Assembly (NCBI GenBank): GCA_965233585.1
Contig: CBDDTI010000023.1
Span: 1 to 26,304 of the forward strand
Direction of reading: 5' to 3'
Origin: a bacterium
GTDB taxonomy: Bacteria > SAR324 > NAC60-12
Length of the DNA: 26,304 nt
In this document: piece by piece, positions 1 through 9,121 of the stretch
Layout of the letters: each line of letters starts with the position of its first letter
Position numbering within the stretch: the first letter of the stretch is position 1
Position numbers and translations under genes: made by a program
Notes under the pieces: model-generated
What the model was told of the DNA's origin: nothing
What the model saw: the letters and a program-made list of their open reading frames with translations, nothing else
The model's database searches: none

Positions 1-1190
1 AACATGTTTCTTAACGTGTCGAAAGCCGTTTTCTGTGGCAGAACGTCAAGTGGTGTCAACGCGCAAATTCCGTGGCAGCCGTATGATGAAAATTGACGGA
101 AGCCTCGAACGAAACATCGATTTTGAGGTAGCAAATTTTGATGTTCATGAGAAAACTCGTTGGAAAACATCGATTCTGTAGCTACAAAGTGGAAAAATTT
201 GAGGATGTCTCGCACGAAATGCTCGTTTCGAGGCTCCAACATGTCTCGTCTCGTGGCATCGCCGTGTCTGTGGGGGAAGCTGCAAAACCTTTGCTTTTCG
301 AAGGGTTTCCAAACAGATTCCATCGCTTTGCGTGGCAGGCGTGGCTTTTCGTGACATTTTCACGTGTCTGCAAATGGTGTCGAAAGTCGTTTTGTGCGCC
401 TGTCACTTTTGCAAGGTTTTCAGAGGATGACTTTCATTTTTCGTGGCATGTGCAACACTTTGGACGTGTCCATGTTCATTTTGCATGGCAGGCGCAGCAC
501 TTTAGACGTGTCGTGTTGTGTGTTTTCGCGAATTGCATTGTCAGGGCTGCATCAAGCGGCGACAACGTGCAAATCGCACGGCAGGCATAGGACATCGTGA
601 GCCTGTCATTTTACATGGCAGGGGCAACATTTCCGACACTCTACACTTGACACACCACACTCTACACATTACACTAGACACTCCACACTTTACACTTCAC
701 ACTCCACACTCTACACTTTACACTCCACACTTTACACTTTAGACTTCAGACTCTACACTTTACACTCCACACTCTACACTCTGCACTCCACACTCTACAC
801 TCTACACTTTACACTCCAGACTTCACACTTTACTCTTTACACTCCAGACTCTCCACTTTACACTTTACACTCCACACTTTACATTTTACACTCCACACTT
901 TACACTTTACACTCTACACTTTACACTTTAAACTCCATACTTTACATTCCCCACTCTACACTTCACACTCTACACTTCACACTTTCCACCCCACACTTTA
1001 CACTCCACACTCCACAATCCCCACTCCACACACACTCCACACTGTGCACTCCACCCCCTTCCACATTCCACAGTGTCTACAGCGCACTGGTACGGTAACA
1101 GGGAAAAATTTACAAGACTGTTCAAATAATTTGTTTCACAAGAGTGTTTTACGTGATTGCATTCGGGTTCGTGGGCTGCATTTTGTTTTC
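1..1190 (+). repeat. Interspersed repeat rich in (C/A)(G/A)TGGCAGGCG motifs, followed by a heptamer minisatellite and a short unique tail; left end runs off the window
   Basis: Recurrent tggcag(g)cg-type motifs near 35, 72, 331, 486, 578 and 615, then an ACACT heptamer array and a tail ending ...ttcgggttcgtgggctgcattttgtttt. Architecture recalled from Symbiodiniaceae repeats (not verified). Overlapping ORFs have no recognisable domain. Confidence 0.6.
636..1070 (+). repeat. 7-bp minisatellite (TACACTT / TACACTC / CACACTC / CACACTT variants)
   Basis: Directly visible run of ACACT-core heptamers, e.g. tacactc cacactt tacactt. Confidence 0.95.
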
Positions 1191-1945
1191 CATAAGGATG
1201 GTGAAGGAACACGAAGGGACCACTAGCAACCTTGTGGAGGTGTTGATTTTATTTTTTGACAATCCTTGATGTTATTTTGGGAATTTGTTGATGTTTAGGT
1301 TCCTTGATTTCATATCCGAAATTTGACTGAATTTGTGGTTCCCCCAGGTTGGGGTCCTTAATCTAATTTTATTTTTCAAGGGTCCAACCATCCAACCCCA
1401 CTCCTTGGCACCACAAGGGGCTCATGTAAGAATCAAGCCCTTATCTCATTCCTACGGACTTTGTCGCCCGAAATGATGTTCGAGCAAGTCTTGGACAGTG
1501 GGCAAACAGCCTCGCAGTTTAGGCAGCACAAAGCCCACTCGTTGAGACACTCCTCGTGGTCATCATCATTCGGAGCAAAATAAGAAATATGAACGGACAA
1601 TACGGAAACGACGTGGTCCACTTGGACAACTTTGCAGGCTCTGCCACAAGAAATGATTATGAAACTTGGGATAGTGCTTTGACTTTTGCTTACTACTTCT
1701 TTGGTTGTTTAGCACTCTTCGATCGATGTATTTTTGATGGTACCAAGGTCAATTAGTGAACAAAGTTGCGGCCATCCCAACAAAGGATCCGTTGAGCCTT
1801 GCTTGCTTTCTAGTGGAGTTGCAAAACCAGAAATTGGATGAAATAAAAACCTTGCAGTTACACCAGCATAGAACCCAGATAGCAATGACATTTCTTGTGC
1901 CAGCCTTCAAGTTCGCATTTCAAGGAAGCAAGACTTGAAAACAAG

Positions 1946-1971
1946 GCAGCAGCAGCAGCAGAAGCAGCAGC
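1946..1971 (+). repeat. Short imperfect (GCA/CAG)n microsatellite
   Basis: gcagcagcagcagcagaagcagcagc. Confidence 0.85.
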
Positions 1972-1980
1972 GAAGGCAGA

Positions 1981-2362
1981 AAATAGGAAACCTGTAGGAA
2001 GGGTTGCTTGTTGTGACTCACGGACGGCAGAGCGAATCCACTGATGGACCGACAGGTGGTTGGAGTTGTATTTTCTGGAGTGATTGCAATGGTTGCAGTT
2101 GTCACGTCACCACAACTGCTGGATGTAGTGTGGTGTAGTTGTAGGTGTAGTTGTGGCTGTAGTGGCGTTGTAGTTGTAAGTTGTAAGTTGTAGTTGTGAT
2201 GTAGTAAATTAGTGTAGTTGCAGTTGTAGTTGTGGTGTGGTGTAATTAGTTTGTAGTGTATTGTAGTTACAGTGCAGTATCGTACAGTGCTGCAATGTAG
2301 TGGTAGTTGCAGTTGTAGTGTAATGTAATATAATGTAATTAGTGTATTTGGTAGTTGTAGCT
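1981..2362 (-). repeat. Interspersed repeat fragment: ~140-bp complex segment attached to an (ACTACA/ACTAC)n-type low-complexity array
   Basis: 2125-2362 is a GTAGTT/GTAGT/GTAAT array (seen directly). The adjoining 1981-2124 segment (minus strand ...ccaaccacctgtcggtccatcagtggattcgctctgcc...) resembles a repeat terminus recalled from Symbiodiniaceae genomes (not verified). Confidence 0.6.
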
Positions 2363-2394
2363 ATTTGTTTGTTTGTTCGCTTAGCTGCAAGCAT

Positions 2395-3686
2395 AAAAAC
2401 AAAACTATTTTGCGAAATTTAATTTACTGATATTAAAAATTTAATAATTTTATAAAATATTTTTTATTTTTAATTTAATTATATGTTTTAAAATTTTTTT
2501 TTAATTTTTGAATTAATAAAAACAAAAAGGATGTAATTTTACATTTTTTTTAGGAAATAAATAATTAAATAAAAAATTAATGGTTATATTTTAATATATT
2601 TTGAAATATATTTATTTATCTAAAATATTATATTTATTATAAAAAAATAATACAAAATTATACAATAATTATATTAATTAGATAATAACTAATTTGAGAA
2701 TATATAGGAATCTATTTTTTTTGTTATTAATATGAAAATTATATATTATAAATATATTATAAATAAACGATAAAAATAATAATATTAATATATAATATTA
2801 TATATTTTTATATATTTAAATATTATAGTTTAAAATTTTATTGAAAATAATATAAATAATTATTTAAAAAAATAAAAATATTATGTTAAATTTTAAATAA
2901 AAATAATAATAAATAAATATAATATTTAAGAAATTTACCAAAAAAAAAATATATATATATATAAATATATAAATAAAAATATTATATATAAATAAATAAA
3001 ATATAAAAAGGAAAACATATATACACATATATATATATACAAAAAGGAAGGCATTTACACGCTTATATATACACAAACATAGACATAACGTAGTTATAAT
3101 TGAAATAGGAATTGAATCTTGAGTATTATATATTTTCGTTATTCTGATTGTTTTATATATATAAATATATATATATGTTTTATATGTAGATATTTTTATA
3201 TATAGATCCTTTTATATATAGATATTTGATATAAATATTCGTTTATATATAAAAATGTATATAATAATATATAATAAAAAGTTATATTCGTTTAATTTAG
3301 ATTAATAATAAAAATCGAATTATATACATATACTAAATAGGTAATTTAGGAATATATTTTTTATTAAATAAAAACCCCCATATAGGCAAACCTGTCATAA
3401 CAAAAAAACGATATAAAAATATATAAAATTATTAAAATTTTATTATTTTGACCATAATTAATTTTATAAATGTAGATGTAACCCTAGACCGTTCCTAGAA
3501 TTTCCCCCTATTGAAAAATATATAATATTATTGACATATGCGATTATTTCTTGATTATATTTTTTGGTGGAATATATAATGCATTTTTATTTATTTTTAT
3601 AAAAAAATCAGGAATTTTATTTAATATAGGTCAGGATAATAAACCTGTTTTTTTTCCTTTTTTCTTAAAATAATTATATATATGTT
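2395..3686. other. Extremely AT-rich low-complexity tract (degraded repeat or low-quality consensus)
   Basis: Almost exclusively A/T with (TA)n patches and an abrupt onset after the GTAGTT array; no periodic unit and no credible ORF. Confidence 0.8.
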
Positions 3687-4770
3687 ATCGCGATCGTGAC
3701 CCATACTTCGAAACCGAAGCTACGCTGACAGAAACCAAAATAAAATAATATATATACGTCGGGGAACCCAGATACCAAGCACAAAACCTCAGAGGAATTC
3801 TTTTATCCGGCCACCTATACTCACACACTGGCAAAGAAATTTTGTCTTTGAATATCCATATCTGACCAGAACAAAGACATACTGCTGACTTAAATGAGAA
3901 TCCCCAAAAATTACCCTGGTATGTTGGGATGTCAGGATCAACCAATGTGTAATTTAATTTCTTCAGCAAAATGAAATAAAAAATATTACATATTGTTTGC
4001 TATATAATATCCAAAAAAAATATATGACATGATGCGAATTCCAATCTTAACTGAAATTTGCCTGCAGGGAGACAAAAAGCTTGTGCAAAAATTATGGTCG
4101 ACTTGGCCGTCTGAATATAATGAGCTTTGGGGGTCTTGGAACCACGTTATTGAAGTGTGTGAACAACGCATTGCGCTTGAAAACAGGACATCCAAGAACC
4201 AAAGGCTGACCGAGTGGCGTACCAGAATGCGCCAGTGCGCAATTTTTTTGGCAATCTGCATCAAAATTACAATAAGGTAACGAGAAAACAAATATTCTTG
4301 CAGAATCATGGTACCGCATCTTTTTGATTTAATAGCGTTTCTTTATTATCCTGCCTTGTGTCCCCTCCTCTTTCTCTCATTTTGTTTTTTGAATATTTTT
4401 GTTTGTTTGATTGGAATTTTTTTCAATGTCGACCACTTGGCACCCTTGTATCTTGTTTCATTTTAAAATTTTTTTAATTTGTGTTTTTTTGTGGCTGAAA
4501 ACACCTACCTACGTTTTACATAAAAAACCATTCAAGTGGGACAAACGGTTGGGTAAAATTTTTTCTAGATGTTCATTAGTCTAATTAATTTTTTTATTGC
4601 TTTGTCTTTCCTTTTCTTTCTTTTGGCACTCTTTCAAAGTGTGCGTTGTTTCTGTCTTCTTTTTTCTTGAAGTTTTCCCAACTCTTGTTTCCGCAGGAGT
4701 TATTATGGAATGAACGACTGGATGCCTCAAATACCCGAAGGTATCGGACACGGCAGCCAACGGGACATGA

Positions 4771-7246
4771 TCAATTCATGTTTTTACGTACAGTGGCCCT
4801 GACCCGGGCCATGTGGTGAAGAACCGCTCTATTATAGGCATCACACCGACGTGTGGGCCAAGCAAGACGATTTTGCAATTCATTTTCAGGGACCTCAGGG
4901 CGGTCGGAAGACAACTGTTCGGCGGAGCAATGCCAGGAGAGATGCCCCCAGATACGTGGGATTTGCTCATCGCAAAAGAAACATTGTTCCCTTACTTCGT
5001 GTCCACGCATCTTATTATAGCATTCCGTGGATGCGCAGAACCAAGCATTACGGCCATTTGATGTCTATCACACGTGAAAGAGAACAACTTGCGGCATCGG
5101 AAACACGACTTTCCTCATACGGCACATCAAGCAAAGAAGGCCTATCATGGCCGCTCTGCTTTTTCGAAAGGGCAAATTGCACTCGCCGCCAACTTTCTTT
5201 CACCTTGTGCTCGGTGAATTTCACGACCCAAATCCACATGTGCAAACATCCATGGACCGCAAAATTTCCAGTTCAGCTCTCGCATGCGTGCGCAAATGAA
5301 ACAGTGCCAACCTCCAGGTCGTGGCATCCTTCGCCAAGGGGCACGAACTTGGCGCATGGTCCGAATGGAAGACATGGTGGCCCAAAACTCAGCATGATAC
5401 ATATGACTCACGAGCATGCCATGCCTGTCGAAACGAAGCATCTGTAACTGCGGCAATCGTTCAAACCAATCGCCCCATGTGGTGAGTGAAATGATTCTGG
5501 ACCTGTACAACGATATCCTGATATCGCGGGCAACCGGCAATTTCTGCAAACGGTGAGCGGCAAACACTGCTTCTTGCAAACGGTTCTCATCTCAAGTAAA
5601 GGGGAACAATAAAGACGATCATTTTCCGTAAAGTTAATACCTAAGACCCGAGTGGCCGGTCGGAGACACTCACAGAACTCTGCGTCATTGATCTCTTGCT
5701 TTGGTAGCGCAGTGCCGGCAATAAAACGCATTTTTGAACATTTCACGGAGACCCAAAGTGGCACTCCAGCTGCGCCATCTATGGATGCGAACATTGCGCA
5801 CGCTCAAAGCGCGATCATAAACATATGCACCCTGACACAAGTCTGGAATGGAAGACACATCAGGAAGAGGCCCAATGAGCAACCTGACAAGAGGCGGGGG
5901 TGCAATGGCATCAACTTGCGGCATGGAGGTCTGGACATGCTCCGGCGTTGGGTGCACAGCTTTCCCCAAGCAAAGCCATCGCACAGGATGACCCATATGA
6001 ACATCAAAATGTTAGCCCACTCATCTGGCAACCCTTGCAGTTGCATGTTTTCAATGGGCAAACCTGGGTGGACAAAATCAAAACATTTGGAGAAATCTAA
6101 AGAAGCAAGAACTTTTTGGTTTTCAAACGCTTTATTGAGGCCGAAACCCCTGGATTTCAGGCTCTATGGCACTGCTCGGAGACCCGAGACGCAATCCATT
6201 CCTGAACCCTGTGGGGTCCAAGATGAGGAAACTAACCGTAGAAAAATGCTTGCAACTGCAATAGGCCGCAAAGACCCTACAGTCCCACCGCCTTCCTTTC
6301 TTAAATGAACCTGACAAACCTGCAGCCATGCCTGTGGGACTGTTATAACTGAAACCAATGCAAACCAAATCATGGTAGTTGTCCCAAGCAACACGCGGGA
6401 GATGGCAAACTTCGCTACCGGACCAACCGTCAAACCGGGCCAGAGCGGCCTGATGGATAAGGGCAATCAGTTTGGGGTCCATCAAGCCAAGGCTTCCATT
6501 GTTCTAAATTCTGGGGTAAGTGTGGAACGAGAACATCACGTTTCCAAAGACGCTGCCAAAAGAACAAATAACAATCAAGGGTTTGCGTGATCGTGAGCAA
6601 GAATCTTCGAATCAGAGCGTACTGTTGGAGGTTTGCGAGGCTTCACCCACCGGTCACCTCTGAGCCCCCCGATCATGTCGTGGATGTGACGAAAAGAAAT
6701 GTTTTCACAGAGAGTAATACTTGCGCACAGAAACGCTGTTACACACAAACACTTTATTCAAGTTTACCCACAGAAAATTCACAAATACAAATGAAATTTC
6801 GAGGTGAAGTTAATCCAGAGAACTTGTAGCATTCAACTGTCAAGCAAGCAAAAACGCACTGGGCGTCACGCACGCAGCGATTCGGATCGTTCTGCAGAAA
6901 ATGTATCTCCTGTCCGCTGTTTTTGTTCAAAAACCACCTTTTCAAGCAAACAGGATGGAAACAGAGACGCTTATTCCCGCAAACATATAGAAGCTAAAGA
7001 AAAGAGAAAAGCTTTTGAACACAGAAACTCAGAGCTACAAATTTTTTCAAACTAACACTTTGAATGAGACAGAGGAAAATAAGAAAAACGTGTATTTTTT
7101 CGGAAAAAGCGGACGAAAATATTTTGTTTCTTGTGGCGACATGAATATTGCGGCGATTTAGAAACATCTGCCATCCGCAACAAGAACAATTTTTTTCCTT
7201 CGAGTGGAATGAAAACAGGGTCTAACGTTGTGTCCAAGAAAATTTG
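4771..7246 (-). pseudogene. Degenerate non-LTR retrotransposon (LINE-like) ORF2: RT domain, thumb and C-terminal CCHC knuckle, with several frameshifts (array unit 1 plus the native 3' end)
   Basis: Minus-strand motifs in canonical order across frames: DGWSGSEV..LP (region 0), PQAWLQVCQVHLRK..LRPIAVASIFLRLVSS (RT1-2), LASLDFSKCFDFVHP (RT3), SMPQVDAIAP (RT4, PQG changed to PQV), GAYVYDRAL (RT5, YxDD mutated, 5814-5825), WSATLGL (RT6), RVLGINF (RT7), then CFFCDEQIPRIWGHLSWHC (Cx2Cx9Hx4C) and a stop at 4771. Confidence 0.9.
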
Positions 7247-7487
7247 GTCTATCACACGTGAGAGAGAAGAACTTGCGCCATCGGAAACACGACTTTCCTC
7301 ATACGGCACATCAAGCAAAAAAGGCCTATCATGGCCGCTCTGCTTTTTCGAAAGGGCAAATTGTACTCGCCGCCAACTTTCTTTCACCTTGTGCTCGGTG
7401 AATTTCACGACCCAAATCCACATGTGCAAACACCCATGGATCGCAAAATTCCCAGTTCAGCTCTCGCATGCGTGCGCAAATGAAACA

Positions 7488-8796
7488 CTAGGGAGGCCCT
7501 TTTGAGCGAAGCTGGTTTTGAGAAGGTTTTCCAGACCCAGAATTGGGTCCGTCGGAGCAAGCAGTTTTGTAGATGATTTTTTAGCTTTTTTTAAAACCTC
7601 GTAAACAATGCTTTTAAAGCTCCAAGAGACGCGGTGAACGTAGGAGGTACGAGTGGCTAACGGACGTGGTGACGAACGTAAGGCGAACGAGTGAACGGAC
7701 GAGTGCACGTGTGAGCGAACGAGTGAACGGACGTGTGCGTACAAGTGGACGGACGTGTGCGCGTACGTGCGTGCGTTTGCACGTTCACTGGCCGCGCGCG
7801 CGCGCACGTACGAAAATAAGGTCGACTGGAGTCGACCTTATTTCTGTACGTGCAAAGCGCTACAATACTAAATCAATACTAAAGAGGCAGGGTCGTGCAA
7901 AAATAAGGTCGACTTGAGTCGACCTTATTTTTGCGTACGTGCGCGCGCGCGTGGCGAGTGACCGTGCAAACGCACGGACGTACGCTCACATTTTCGCTCG
8001 CACGTACGCTCACTCGTACATACATACGGTCGCACGTACGTTCACTCGCACGCATGTCGTTCACACACACGTTCATACCCCCGTTCATGTCACTCGTCAC
8101 TACACGTACGCTAGATAAAAATATTTTTACGAGACTTTAAAAAAAACTAAATGATTTTGTTTCTTGTTGTGGCAAGCGGGGTGCATATCGGTTGCTGCTT
8201 GAACCCACTTGAAGTTAGCTTCTTATTATTTCGTTGCGTCTGGTGGCTTGATTGTTTGCTGCTAAAAGAAGGCGCATCAGCCTTTTGCAGCCTTAGGTGA
8301 TTGCTTGAAGTGTTTCTTGCCGTTGAGGAGTTTGTGGGTTTTCGCGCAGGTGGTCGGCTTCCATTTGATTGATTGTATTGAATACTTTACTGCCCCTTGT
8401 CGGCCCCCCTTGCCCCTGTAGACTCCTACCGAAGTTTTTAGCCCAGAAAGAACATGAATCATGATCTTTTCAGTCAATCCCGTTATTAATTAATAGTATT
8501 AATTTAAAACGGGATGGAGTAGGAATCTGCTTAGGAAAATATGTGGCAAGGTGACGTATTGAAGGCTTTCTTACTCCGCCATCGTTTCGATATCGTATCA
8601 ATTACATTGGGTAATTGAATTAAAACATAGCACGGAGTAGTGGAGTAGCGCGGAGTAGCGAAGGATTGGTGAATGTTGCCTGGGTGGTGCTGCATCGCAA
8701 ATCGCCACATCTGATACCACATGTGCGCTTTCAGGTTCCATTTCTGGGGCCGGAAAGTCAAAAGAAATCAGGCTTCGCATGTGCGGGCCTCCTCTG
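7488..8796. mobile_element. Module A1: non-autonomous element with imperfect bipartite terminal inverted repeats
   Basis: Left end ctag-GGAGGCCC-ttttga-GCGAAGC; reverse complement of the right end caga-GGAGGCCC-gcacat-GCGAAGC. No recognisable ORF. Confidence 0.75.
7581..8150. mobile_element. Foldback MITE (570 bp) nested in A1, 8-bp TSD ATGATTTT
   Basis: ATGATTTT at 7573-7580 and 8151-8158; ~25-bp imperfect TIR ttagctttttttaaaacctcgtaaa / tttacgagactttaaaaaaaactaa; internal 52-bp inverted arms 7761-7812 and 7934-7985 (4 mismatches). Confidence 0.85.
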
Positions 8797-9121
8797 TTCC
8801 AACTCTATATGCTGGTTGCTTAAATAAACGCAGTTGTAATTTTTTGTTTGTTGCAGGGGTCGGCCTTTGGTGTGGATTTTGCGATTTTGCGGTGTCATTT
8901 TTGGTACCGCCAGACGGTCCCAAAAATGGGACCGTGAAAGTGCTTTTCTTTTGTTCTTTTACTAAGCTGCGCATGTGGTCCCAAAAATGGGACCGCCAGG
9001 CGGTCCCATTTTTGGGACCGTGTTTAGGTTCATGTTTTTCAAGTTTTTTGTATCAGGGTTGCAGAAGTGCAATGTTTTGGTTTCCTTGTAACTTTGTGGC
9101 TTATGGCGACCGGACGGGCAA
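8797..9121. other. Spacer B: non-coding segment with four GGTCCCA-N4-TGGGACC-type palindromes
   Basis: Copies at 8889-8910 (degenerate), 8915-8934, 8977-8994 and 9002-9019; the last two together form a perfect 21-bp-arm palindrome 8977-9019 centred on 8998. Confidence 0.85.

Noticed and set aside
138..590. 150-aa ORF
   Set aside because: Translation of a motif-rich repeat (recurrent AWQA/FSWH from cgtggcag); no protein family recognised.
1433..1938. Possible exon(s) of a host gene in complex, balanced-GC sequence
   Set aside because: Only ORFs of about 60 aa with no recognisable motif; cannot be supported without homology or transcript data.
6132..6165. QGFRPQ as the RT2 'Q.GFR' motif in unit 1
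   Set aside because: Comparison with units 2-6 indicates the ancestral frame is CHRGLKSGVSAW; QGFRPQ arises from unit-1 indels in another frame.
4851..6590. Plus-strand ORFs of 198, 218 and 72 aa and their repeats in each unit
   Set aside because: Antisense shadows of the minus-strand RT pseudogene with no recognisable domains.
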